Shown here: positions 40,539 through 53,920 of the stretch, one piece after another | Numbering within the stretch: the stretch's first letter is position 1 | Layout: every line of letters begins with the position of its first letter | Origin: Octopus vulgaris | Taxonomy: Eukaryota | Direction of reading: 5' to 3' | Assembly (NCBI GenBank): GCA_951406725.2 | Contig: OX597814.1 | Span: 160,456,001-160,520,000 of the forward strand | DNA: 64,000 bases | The notes under the pieces: generated by a model | What the model saw: the letters and a program-made list of their open reading frames with translations, nothing else | Told to the model about the DNA's origin: nothing | The model's database searches: none | Program-made: the position numbers and the translations under genes

Positions 40539-41501
40539 TAATTTAGCGAATTGACGGAGTCGTTAGAGCATCCGACTGAATGCTTCACAGTATTTTTTTT
40601 TTATTTCTGGCTCTGAATTCAAATGCCACCAAGTACAACTTTACCTTTCACCTTTTTCGGCGTGAATAAAAAGAAAAGGGTTGAATCCAGAGCGATGAAC
40701 TTGCGGTACTTTAAGGAGACAAGACAGGATCCTTCTGATATCAATTTCAATTTTTTGCGCTTTGAAAGCAACGACTGCAGTGTTACAGGTGCCAAGCTGT
40801 ATCAGCCTTGCCTTTCCTTTGAATATCATCAGTGACGTAAAGGGAGAGGCCATACCTGCGTGACAAAAACGACTGGTCTTCCACACATCCAACCTTGTCT
40901 TGGACTGTGCGTTTAAGTGCAGATACATGGCCAACGCTAACTGATGAAAGTCCTAGACTTTAGAATTCAAACAAGATGAAGTTCGGGACTTTGCTTTTCG
41001 TCTGAATCTGAGGAGAATAGAGTGCGTGGTGTACGCGCTTTGGTTAGGTTGACTTTGCCTTTCATCCTTTCGGGGTCGATTAAATAAGTACCAGTTGCGC
41101 ACTGGGGTCGATGTAATCGACTTAATCCGTTGTCTGTCCTTGTTTGTCCTCTCTGTGTTTAGCCCCTTGTGGGTAGTAAGCAAGTAGGTCTATAGCTAAA
41201 GGTAAGATGTGATTTGTGGAAGATTTGGCTGCTATTTCCAGGGGGTTGGCCGACTAAGCAGAATTTTCCCCTTTAGCATGTGTAATTTTTTTTATTTTAC
41301 TGTCTGCTTTTACTCTTTTGTTGTTTTTGTTGTTTTACTGGTTTTTTATGCGTTTATTATTTTATTGGTATGATTTTTGTTTTCATTATTGTTACTATCA
41401 TCGTCTTTATCATCATTACTGCTGTTGTTGTTGTTGTGATTGCCTTCATCTCATATTCATCATACGTATAATCCAATTTTCTTACTTTCTATTCCCTGTC
41501 G

Positions 41502-41541
<40 letters not shown>

Positions 41542-41904
41542 CCTCTACCACTCTCCTTTTCTATCTCAGTCTCTATCGGGAGAGCAGCTAATGCAATTCC
41601 ATCTATTACAGATGCTCTGAATTGACTTTTGACACGGTAACAGACATATATCCCTCTACCGTGTCAAATGGACAAGTGGAAAAGGAAGAGAAAGATAGAA
41701 AGGGGAGAAAGGGGAGAAAGGAGAGAAACAGGGAAAAAGGGAGAGAAGAGGAGGTGGAGATTTCTGAATATAAAAGCAATAAAAAAAATACAGAAACAGA
41801 CTCTGGAAGTTCTGTAGTTATGAATTTCATTTATATTTCAAATTTGTCCATCCACTCATACAAACATATATGCATTGAAAAATACAAACACACACGCGCG
41901 AGCA

Positions 41905-41982
41905 CGCACACGCCCGCACACACACACACGCCCGCACACACACACACGCCCGCACACACACACACGCCCGCACACACACACA
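41905..41982. repeat. 18-bp minisatellite (ACGCCCGCACACACACAC) x4
   Basis: Directly visible; gives the HTPAHT repeats in the ORF track. Confidence 0.9.
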
Positions 41983-42141
41983 CATATACACAGATAAACA
42001 AACGTATACAAAAGCTGTTACAGAAGCATACACAATCCAAAGGTACATATATATCCGCACAGATACATATATATATACACATGCGCAATTACAAACGCAA
42101 AAGAACACACGCAAACACAATCACAATACACGTGCGAGCGA

Positions 42142-42179
<38 letters not shown>

Positions 42180-42244
42180 ATACACGCACATTCGCACATA
42201 AAGACAGACAGTCTCTCTCTCTCACACACACACACACACAAAGC

Positions 42245-42400
42245 GCACTCACACGTACAGAAATACGCACGCACATATGTACACACACACACACATGCAC
42301 ACAAACGCGCGTGCACACACACACACATATATATACAATGCGCCCTCACACGTACAAAAATACGCACACACTTGCGTACACACGTGCATGCACACACACA

Positions 42401-42450
<50 letters not shown>

Positions 42451-42640
42451 CACGCACACATACAATACGTCCTCACACGTACAGAAATACGGGCGCACAT
42501 ATGTACATACACGAGCATGCACGCACACGCACACACATACAATACCCCCTCACACGTACAGAAATACACACGTACATACGTACACAGACGTGAATGCACA
42601 CACACATATACAATGCGCCCTCACACGTACTGAAATATGC
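42245..42640. repeat. Five copies of (TACAATRCSYC)CTCACACGTACAGAAATAC separated by variable CA-rich spacers
   Basis: Cores start at 42248, 42345, 42472, 42549 and 42620. Confidence 0.85.
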
Positions 42641-42888
42641 ACACACACATACGTACACACACACACACACGCATGTACACACATATTCGCACACACTCAC
42701 AATTTAAGCTATAGTGTGTGTTTGATCAAATGTAAGTGTATATGTGTATTAAGTGTGTATGTGTTCGTATGTGCCTTTTTGTGCGGCCTATAATTGTCCG
42801 TGGTAACAACAGCGACAGGCTCAAGAAGACAGAAGGAAAAAGAGAGGGTAATTGTGCCTTCCAACATGGAAAGACTGCGATAACGTAT

Positions 42889-43440
<552 letters not shown>

Positions 43441-44779
43441 GAAAGTGTCACTTTTCAACAATTTTCACGGCAATTATGATACAGGTCAAATATAACGGCG
43501 ACTGACCTCGTCTTACACTCCTCACGTTAAAAAGAAAGAAAAAAATCTTAGCAGTTAATTCATTCATAATGTAATTCATGGGGTTATTTCTCGCCGTAAA
43601 CATTGTAGCGAGGTAGGAAGGCTTTTTTTTTTTCTTCTTAAATGCATCTATGAACAATAACGCCGTTGGTTATAAGTTTCCAGTAGGCCAGTCATCGGTT
43701 CATTGTATTTCTGGTGGCAACAGTAACAAGAACTGTTGTCCAGTCAACCTTTAAAAACCTATATCCCCGTCAACGAAGAGAACTTTTCAGATTGATTCTT
43801 AAACAGTCAAGAGCAAACTGCAGCCCGGTGGACTTTCTGAATGGAGTGCCTAAGTTCTCGGAGAAAATGACGTTTATTAAAACTACCTTTAATATTTTTA
43901 GTTGTCTGATGATGATCCATCTCTCATGTGGTCCACTTCTTGACAAAGGTTGCCCATGCCCGTTCTAGAAGTGAATTCCAACTTCTCATAGTTGATACAG
44001 AACGCTCTTTTTTTTGGCATCTGTCGGTGGAAATTTATGCGCTGGTATCAATGTACTAGATCTTTCTAACATAACGTCTTTTATACACCGGTGTTCGTGC
44101 TACCCTAAGTTCTGATGAGCCGTAGCTTCCAAGCATATTGTATGGCTAACTTTCATACAATTGTAGAAAACAATGATTGAAGCAACCTGCTTTCTGTTAA
44201 CAGAGAGCTATTCCGTAGTAGAGCACCATCAACTACAGTGCTCTCATTTGGAGTTTAGTTTATTAATTAATTTTGTAGTGTGAAATATTCATCCAGCCTT
44301 GAATAGCGTGCTTCACAATGATTCAGATATAGGCAAATGTAAAATGAGGACTATCTTTGTATGACTTAGCTGTGATTTTATGTAGAGTTCCAAGACTCCA
44401 AGCCAGATTCGATGTAGATATATTTTTCCGACACCAGTTTGCTGTCTAAGGTTACCACACAGAAAATATTCGGCCAAATAACTATATTCGGTCAAAGTGC
44501 AAATAACTAGAAATACGTAAACAACGAGAAAAATTGAAAACAGGACAAGCAAACACAGAGAAAGGACCCTTAATCAGTTGTTGGCTGTCCATCTACTCAT
44601 TTCGAGCGTTTTGCTCCCATAAATTCTAAAATAAACTTTAGGATTTTTGGAGGGTCAGAGTTCGGGACAAAAACATGACAGTGGAGACATACAAGGAAAC
44701 CGAACGAAAACAAACATGGAGGGTCGTTAATACAGAACGAGGGGAAAATAGTGAACGCTGGGATATGTATATATATATA

Positions 44780-45115
44780 TGGCACTTTGGGCAAGTGTCT
44801 TCTACTATAACCATGGGCCGACCAAAGCTTTGTGAGTGGATTTGGTAGCCGGAAACTGAAAGAGGTCCGTCGTATATATATATATATGTATGCATATGTT
44901 TGTGTGTCTATGTTTGTCCCCCCAACATCGCTTGACAACCGATGCTGGTGTGTTTACATACCCGTAAATTACCGATTCGGCAAAAGAGACAGATAGAATA
45001 AGTACTAGGCTTACAAAGAATAGTCCTGGGGTTGATTTTCTCGAATAAAGTCAATGCTCCAGCATGGCCGCAGTCAAATGACTGGAACAAATAAAATAAC
45101 AAAAGAGTAAAAGAA
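44780..45115 (+). mobile_element. CORE-SINE family A copy, 5'-truncated
   Basis: GGCACTTTGGGCAAGTGTCTTCTACTATA...GCTCCAGCATGGCCGCAGTCAAATGACTGGAAC. Confidence 0.85.
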
Positions 45116-45825
45116 TATATATATATATATATATATGGAGACAGACAGATGAACGGGTGTCTGAACAGCCATGCATTTGTATATCTCGATGCGTATAGGT
45201 TTATATGTGTACGTGTATGGTTGTGCACATATACGTTCTCTGCTTGTCTTTCTCTTTCTGCCATTATGTGTGCGTATGTATGTGTGAGCGTGAGCGTGAG
45301 TGTGTGTATGTGTGCACACGCGTGTGCATCTGCGTATGTGCACCCACACGCGAAGGAAACAAATTATGCTAAACCAGATTGTCACTTAATTGACGAAATA
45401 TCATTAGAAAGAGTGAAAATGTCCGCAGTGTCGTACAGTTCTATATAAAGGGAAGGAAGCAAATGGATTACAAGACCAAACAAGGTTGAACGAATGCATT
45501 AAGATGTCGTTGTACGTTCAATGGTTTGTAAGCGGAATCTACAGCCATATTAATTGTTTCGTTGACGCAATCTTTGCCTTCTCATTTCTTTTCCGTCTTT
45601 CTTTCTCTTCCTATTTTTGTATCTCTTTCTCTCCTCTCCTCTTTTCTCTCTCTCCCTCTTTCTCCCTCTCTCTCTCCCTCACTCACTCACTCTCTCTCTC
45701 TCTCTCTCCCACACACTTTCTCTCGCTCTCTCGTTCTCTCTCTCACGCCCTCTGTGTATATATGTCTCTACGTACATATGTGCATCTATATGCATATATA
45801 CATATGCATAGATGGATGAATTTAC

Positions 45826-45986
<161 letters not shown>

Positions 45987-46227
45987 AATGATACACAGAT
46001 AATTGTATGTATATAAATATATCTGTACGAATATACCAGATGTATATGTGTGTGTGAGTATATGTGCATGTATACGCACATACACACACACACACATACA
46101 CAGGACAGATAGATTGAAAGATATCAATAATGCTTTCTTATTCCCTATATATCATCCTCGTCTTCAACTCAACATGTAACACACACACACACACACGCAC
46201 GCACACACACACACACACATGCATACA

Positions 46228-46331
46228 CATACACACACATACGTATATGTACATGAAATACACACTCAGTATGTCGTCCACATACACACACATACGTATA
46301 TGTACATGAAATACACACTCAGTATGTCGTC
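46228..46331. repeat. Perfect ~51-bp tandem duplication
   Basis: CATACACACACATACGTATATGTACATGAAATACACACTCAGTATGTCGTC occurs twice. Confidence 0.9.
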
Positions 46332-46910
46332 TGCCTCCTTACATTATTGACGTCTCCATAAGATGAAGCTTGTGACAAAGCAAGGGAGGTGGAAAACGGT
46401 TAGGCTTGCAAAATGGCCGGTCGAACGGTTTCTTTTATACTTTTATATGACTGAACTAGTGGAACGGTCGTGAGGGTGAGCTGTAAAGCTGAGGAAGGGA
46501 GAAATCAGAACAATGATTATTGTACTTGCCACGACGACAGCAAATCATTACCTTTGTCGTCATCGTCGCTTTCGCCGTCATCGTCGACAGCGAGGTCTTC
46601 GTCGTTGTTGCAATCGTTCTTGACTCTGTTTCTTATTAATGTTCTTTTATTTGTATTTTGTTCTTTATTTTATTTGTTACTGGTGTTGCCTGTTATATTT
46701 ATCTTATTCTTTTTCTCATTTTTGTTTTATCTTATTTTATTTTGGTTATATATTTAGTCATCGGTTTGAATTGGATTTTAAACTGCACACAATAACTGAA
46801 TTGAGATACAGAAAGAAAGAGAGGAATATGTATATACATTAATATATATATATATATATACACATATATATACATACATACATATATACATACATACATG
46901 TATCCATATA

Positions 46911-46985
<75 letters not shown>

Positions 46986-47050
46986 AATATATACATGCAT
47001 ATGATGTTATATTGTAAGTAATAGAAATATAATATATATAATATAATATA

Positions 47051-47103
<53 letters not shown>

Positions 47104-48285
47104 GCGTGTGTTTGTATGTGTATGTGTATGCATGTGTGGGTGTGTGTGTGTTACATATTTGCATATATATCGAGAGAGATATGGAGGTGATCAGAAAGTG
47201 GTAAGGAGGAAGAGAAAATAACTGAAGAGGACAGCCAAAGTATAAACGAGGGCAAAACATTTACGGAGTTTGTCTGAGAGAGAGAGAGAGAGGAGGAAGA
47301 GAAAGGCGGAGAAGAGAATATGCAGGGAGATGTAATTTGGGAGGGTAAAATGAAAGAGAAATAAAAGTGAGCTACTAAAGAAAATGTGAGCTAAGTAGAG
47401 AGAGAGAGAGAGAGAGAGAGAAGCAAAATATAGGTGAAGGAGAATTATAGAGAAATAAGAGACAGTAAGAGGAGAGAAAGAGAGAGAGGGGGGAGAGGGA
47501 GAGAAAGAGGTTAAATCATTGTTGCAAGATAAAGAGAACAGAGAGAAGTGAAAAATAGAGGAAAAGTAGAAAATTTGAACAAAAATATAAAAAGATTATA
47601 AAGGAAATAAAATGAATGAAAAGAGCAAAGGAGAAAATCATTTATAAAAATAAAAACGCAAGAGATAAAAAAAAGAAATGAAAGAATGATGGATAATCTT
47701 GGGGCAGTTTTTGTTGTCCGTTACTTACTTCTTTTCCTATTTTCAACATGGATGTCAAAGGTGAACGTGATGTTTTCAAGTCAATAGCTAGTAATGAGTT
47801 CTATATTACTCAGTTTGATATTTTGGTGAATTGGACCCAAAGCAACTATGCAAAAGCCTTGCAACATATTGACTGCTGGGATTCAAGTTTTGTTGATACC
47901 CAGATCAGTAATGGATATTCAAATTGCTTGACAGCCCCCAAGGTCAAAAATATCTGGATTCTCGAACAAGACGGCAATTCAATACCACAGAGCAGCAATC
48001 TTTTATGTGTGTCGCTCGCTTAGCTTTTGGCGAAAAATTTAACGAACGGCTCTTTTCATGGATCAGTAGGGATCAAACTACGTCAGTGTTCCGAATATTA
48101 TCACTGTCGTTTCACTGATTCTCGAATCTGACATTCGTCAATATAATTGTGCCTACTTTACAACAGAATCTATTGCTATTTTACATCATGATGCCTTTAT
48201 CTCTCTTTCCATCCCTGTCTCTTCTCTCTCATTCTCCTTTCTTTCCTATCTCCCTCCTTCTCTCTCTCTCTCTCTCTCTCTCTCA

Positions 48286-48324
<39 letters not shown>

Positions 48325-48538
48325 ACACATGTACGTACCCATATACACAGACATATATGCGTTCATCGTTTTTGCTTTAGTGGGCTGGTTTTCCGAAGTC
48401 CAATTCATGCATGCATTTAATAATACTGTATTTGCTATTCTTTGACCCTGTACCTCCAAGATAACTATGTACAATACAAGAAAGAGAAAGCAACCAAATA
48501 GTTATAAGAACAAATTATGCAGTTCGCTTCTCTCTATA

Positions 48539-48621
<83 letters not shown>

Positions 48622-48689
48622 TACAATGCCGAAACATTAAATCGTGTTATCTACTACTGCAAACAAAAACATACACACATAAATGCATT

Positions 48690-48759
<70 letters not shown>

Positions 48760-49025
48760 CATATATATGTATATATGTATGTGTATATAAGTATATACAC
48801 ACATATGTATGTATATCTATATATATATAGAGAGAGAGAGAGTGAGAGAGAAAGAGAGAGATAGACACAAAGAGCGAGAAAGAGAGAGGCATACATACAG
48901 AAAGAATGATGCAGATAAATATATACATACATACATACATAAATATATACATACATACATACATATATATATATATAAATATATATATATATACATATAT
49001 AGATATATATATATATAATACATAC

Positions 49026-49068
<43 letters not shown>

Positions 49069-49075
49069 CGCGCAC

Positions 49076-49296
49076 GCGCAAGGGTGCTGAAATGTTCTTG
49101 GCCTTAAGAGTGTCGCGAAAAGCCTCGTTGAAGATGCAATCCTTCCGACTTCGTTTGCAGGGCTTAGAAAAACTGAAGGACCCCTGTAATAAGGAGTTGA
49201 ATCTGAGATGGGAATATGTTGAATAAAATCATAATTAACTGATCCTCCTGTGTTTTCTTTTGACCAAAGCTAGGAACTTTTCACCAACCCTTCGTA
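49076..49296 (+). mobile_element. mariner-derived MITE (internally deleted)
   Basis: TIR-like GGGTGCTGAAATGTTCTTGGC / GCTAGGAACTTTTCACCAACCCTTCG|TA. Internal [23 protein letters not shown] resembles the mariner C-terminus GI.KL..RW.KC....G.YVE. Confidence 0.75.
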
Positions 49297-49329
49297 TGTG
49301 TATGTGTGTATACGCATATACATGCGCAC

Positions 49330-49414
49330 ATATAAAAGTATGTATACACACACGAGTACACACAGATGCATATATATACATATGCATCTGTGTGTACTCG
49401 TGTGTGTATACATA

Positions 49415-49423
<9 letters not shown>
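49330..49423. repeat. Near-perfect 94-bp palindrome
   Basis: 44-nt arm ATATAAAAGTATGTATACACACACGAGTACACACAGATGCATAT and its exact reverse complement, with a 6-nt centre ATATAC. Confidence 0.95.
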
Positions 49424-49454
<31 letters not shown>

Positions 49455-49490
49455 ACATTTTCGTATGTATGTATATATATATATATAAAC

Positions 49491-49542
<52 letters not shown>

Positions 49543-49850
49543 TACATATACATACACATACACATATATTTGATACATATATGTCTATATATACACACAT
49601 ACATACATGCATAAGTACATACATTCATACATACAACCATACATACAAACATACATAAACGCATACATGCATAAGCACATGCATATATGCATACATGCAT
49701 ACATACATACGTACATACATACATACATACATACATACATACATACATACATACATACATACATACATACATACATACATACATACATGCATACATAATC
49801 ATACCTTTTCATATATGTGTATGTGTGGATATATGAATGCATTATGTATG

Positions 49851-49893
<43 letters not shown>

Positions 49894-50174
49894 GAGAAAT
49901 AGAATAATAGAATGCCAATTTCTCGTACAAGTTGACAATATTTGAAAAAATGTATTACATTCCATACATTTGAATGCCTGTATACATGCTACGTCGTTCA
50001 AGTTTCAGACATAGTGTGCTCGTGTCACTCATAATGTCACCGCGGAATTCTAACGTGAACACTTGTGTGATGAAAAGAGGAGGAGATGTTGATCTTAGGA
50101 ACTGGGTGTAACGGGAGATAATGTGTTTTATTGCGAGGCAGGCTAAAAGTGTGATAAATAAGGCAGGAGAACAT

Positions 50175-50305
50175 GAAGAAGAAGAAGAAGAAGAAGAAGA
50201 AGAAGAAGAAGAAGAAGAAGAAGAAGAAGAAGAAGAAGAAGAAGAAGAAGAAGAAGAAGAAGAAGAAGAAGAAGAAGAAGAAGAAGAAGAAGAAGAAGAA
50301 GAAGA
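50175..50305. repeat. Pure (GAA)n tract, about 43 units
   Basis: Directly visible. Confidence 0.97.
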
Positions 50306-51040
50306 CATATCATAAGTGGAAGGAAAACGAATGAAGAAGAGCATGAAGGCGGAAGAGTCAGTAAAACATGAAGATGCTTACGAAATAAAGATTTAGTGTT
50401 GATGGATGTAGGATGAGTTTGAATAAATAAATAAAAAGATAAGTATAAGAATTGTTCTTGATCCTTTTATTATTAAAAGAGAAGCTAAGAAAATGAATGC
50501 CAAAGTGAGGCGTCGTCGTAATCATTATCGCCGTTCACGTTGTCGTAGGAGATACGCAGCCATGTTTGATTCTGATTCGAGAGAAAGATAGCAAAACCTA
50601 AAAGGATTTTGCAATATCTGATATTTTCCATGTGTATTGGGTCATACGTAACATATATATATAAAGCAACTAGTGTTGTTGTTGCTGTCGTTGTTGTTGT
50701 TTAACCTTTATAGCCATCATCATAATTTATGGCCGTTAGCTTGGCAAGCCACGCTTGACCTCACACCGTAAATTTCGTAAATAAAACCATTCATAGCTGT
50801 TGTATCCAGTTTGGGAATTTGTACCACTGTAGTAAGCAAGTTAATTACAATCGGCTGATGAGTTTCCTTTCGTGTGTCGATGATACCTCGATTTAATTTT
50901 GCTTGTATTGTAAAAAAATTTCGTTTTCTCCATCCACGGAGAAAACTTCTATCGACGTTGTGACCCTCTTATGTGAGAGAGGGGGAGAGAGTGAGGAGCG
51001 TCAGCAGATCATAATGAAAGAGGGGTGAGGGCGATGCGTT

Positions 51041-53267
51041 ATGTCGCCCCCTAAGAAAAAAACAGACAAGTCTATTTTAAACAAGAGCAACGTTGAAATT
51101 GTTGACAAGGCAGAATATTTCAAAGAAAGAACTCTTGAAAACCAATTCTGTCAGCAACAACTTCATCAACAACAATAACGCTCAGATTGAAGTGAATCAC
51201 ACGAGAAAAATTGCGGAATCCAACAGCAACGACACCAATGATAAAAACGTAAAGAAACTGAAGTCATTCGTGTGTTACATCTGCCTTTCGACCACATGCC
51301 TAAAAGCTTTCTGTCCTAAATTGAAGGCGAAAGAGAAGATAACCTCTCTTCTCCCAACACCTAGAAATCCACCAACAACAGCCACCAAAGTCCAAAAAGC
51401 AACAACACCATCGTCAACAACACCGTCATCAACAAAACAATCACCAACAACACCCCCGCCAACAATACGAGCTGTAACATTAATAGAAACAGTAGAAATT
51501 TCCAACAACAACAACAGCCACTGCAACACCAGTTCCCACCAAGGCAACAACGGATTCCTCAAGTCATTTCTCAACGCCAGTACAAGGTATGCCACTTCTC
51601 AATTTCGAACGGTCAAACATGGCATGCAGCGTTTCTAATAAGGACGAGGAGTGGAAAAGAAAAACTAAAAGGAGAAAAGACAAACGGAAAGACAAATCAA
51701 CAACAGATAAAGAAACAAACTTCATCCGAGACGAAAAAAGTAAAAGCCGCAAGGCAAAAAAAAAAAGCAGAAAACAAACACGCCACCTCTGTCATAAACA
51801 CCTGAAATGTCACTACACCACCAACACCACAAGCACAACCCCTCTCACATACACAATAACAACAAAATCAGCAACAGCAACAAAAGCAAACACAAAATTT
51901 TTAAAAAGCAGCATAACACACTACATGGCAAAAAGCACAAAAAAAACCCGCAGATTTCATGAATTACATAAAAACACACACCAACATAACACAAACATAT
52001 TTTATAACACCCACAATCACCATATCTACGTGCATACAAATAATCCGAATTGCACAAGACACATACACACACTTAAATTAAACCCCCAAAAGAAACTTTC
52101 GAGAGAACGTAACCAACCGAATACTTAGTGATTTGTTAGTGGAGATACCCTAATCAAACCGAAGAGACAGACAAACCACAAAAGATTTTCCAAGTAGGTT
52201 TTCCTTGTCACATTTATTTTTATCCCAGGAACGTGATCTTGTTCAGAATACGCAGTGTGAATGCACGTAGCCTGGGGTCGCCTGGGAAGTAGGATCATCT
52301 GCTCAACGACTTTAAGGTCACTGAACGTTGATGTGTAGGCCATCAGTGAGACCAGAATTTCTGGGCTATGAGAAAGACTTCAAACACATTTTCGGAGATT
52401 ATATGTACTTTTCTCCAAGTCGTCCGAGAACAGGAAGCAGAGTCGCCATCTTATTTCGTGATAAGAACAATACCCGGAAGGTTAGTCGGTAGTGCTGGAC
52501 ATGACTCGTAGTGAAGAACACGCTTTCAGACCAGTTGACATTTATGACCCGACAGGGGCAGGACGACCATCTGGAAACTGTTCTGGGAACGTGCCATTCT
52601 TTATTATTAGTGGGAGACTGGCCTGGGATCGTAGATGCACGCTAGGACTGTATGGGCTTAACAGACAGGGGTGAGAGTGTGAAAGTCTCGTAAACCTGCT
52701 GAGACGGTTTCAACTGTCTGACAGGCATCGACTGGATTTCCTTGATGTGCCAGTGTAGGCCTGGTCAAACTGCATCGGGTCATCCAGATCGTTTCTCGAT
52801 AGGGTATTATGTAGGGAAGCCAATAAGGATAGCATAAATTATTCACAATTTAAAGTAGTCGACTGTCAACTTAGTCTCCATAGACATGGACCTGGTAACT
52901 GGAAGCTGAATACGTCCTTCTAGACGCGCAAAGATTTTAGAGACCGGATTAGCGAATTAGTTAATGAAGCGTTGACGGGGACAATCGTCAACAACAAATG
53001 GTGGTTCGCTCTGAAGAGGATGATTAGAATATTATCAATGAGGTTTACCAAACGAATAACATAAAAAGAAATTAAGTAATGATAGAGTTCGTCAGGAAGC
53101 CAGATAAGGTGTTTAGAAAAGGCATCGTGACCGATGTGTTCGCAGCGAGATTGGCACTCGACTTCAATGCGAAACACGAAGCCGATACTTTCTATACAAA
53201 TCAGTTAGCAACTAGTGCTGATAGAAATGCGAATGAAATCCAAAATTTAAAGGAATGGAACAGGTAA
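51041..53267 (+). mobile_element. Tx1/L1-clade LINE remnant: ORF1 with zinc knuckle plus ORF2 apurinic endonuclease, RT absent
   Basis: ORF1 has CYICLSTTCLKAFC (C-x2-C-x4-[H>C]-x4-C, 51273-51314). From about 52239: IRSVNARSL, DV*AISETR, SRVAILF, FRPVDIYDP, LLLVGDW, LSDRHR, SRSFLDRVL, GPGNWKLNTS, WWFALKRMIR. These are APE and linker motifs of L1/Tx1, with stops and frameshifts. Confidence 0.85.
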
Positions 53268-53809
53268 AACGTAAGTTACATATGTTTCTAAATTAGCTGA
53301 AGCTCGTTATGCAAGTATTACGTAACGAACTCAACTCTGTATACCTGCCCATTATGCTGGAATTACCTCAATGAAGTTTACATTGCTGTAAGGAATTCAC
53401 AGGTTAGCCACCACATAAGGTAAGTCCGAATGAATTGAAAAGTCAATAATATAAAATAAAGAAAGTACGTTTAAGCAACCGATTAACGTTTTAGCAGAAG
53501 GTTAAACTTAAACTATGCTTCAGTCCACGCCAGTGAATAGACCTTGAATATAGTTACATAGACTAATAACCAGTCGAAAGTAACTGGATGCAAATGCAAT
53601 TGCGAGATTTCTATGCAGTAGAATGTACGTCAGTGATATTTAACTGTAAGATATTGTATAATTGATAGTAGAAATTTAAAAAAAAACATACAGGTGTACT
53701 AATCTCCATATTCATGTAATTGTCTTATATATATGTGTGTGTATGTGTGTGCTTGTGTATGTGTGAGTGTATCTATATGCATATATATATATATACATGT
53801 CTGTGTGTG

Positions 53810-53846
<37 letters not shown>

Positions 53847-53873
53847 TTTATTTTAAGCAGCAGAAAATTCAAC

Positions 53874-53920
53874 AAAATCTGTTACTCTGAGTTTCTCGTT
53901 GCCGTTCATCAGACAGTTTT
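53874..53920 (-). ncRNA. Type I minimal hammerhead ribozyme motif
   Basis: Minus strand AAAACTGT-CTGATGA-ACG(GCAA)CGA-GAAA-CTCAGAG-TA|-ACAGATTTT. Canonical core, GNRA-capped stem II, near-palindromic stem III ACTC(A)GAGT, GUA site. Confidence 0.7.

Noticed and set aside
42245-42640. CRISPR-like repeat-spacer appearance
   Set aside because: Spacers are low-complexity CA repeats of uneven length, there are no cas genes, and the context is eukaryotic.
44105-44155. CTGATGA followed by GCCGTA/TATGGC stem
   Set aside because: No GAAA or NUH site follows the stem, so it is not a complete hammerhead.
48090-48148. Minus-strand TTGACGA...GAAAC motif; similar pieces at 44560-44625 and 33530-33630
   Set aside because: Core or cleavage-site substitutions and poor stems. 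Possibly decayed Penelope-type remnants, but not supportable as ribozymes.
50844-50963. CTGATGA with a long imperfect stem ending CACGGAGAAAAC
   Set aside because: No GAAA/stem III after the helix; at best a ruined hammerhead.
53403-53425. Possible 17-nt micro-exon CAG|GTTAGCCACCACATAAG|GTAAGT
   Set aside because: Strong donor but no pyrimidine tract, and the length would shift the frame.
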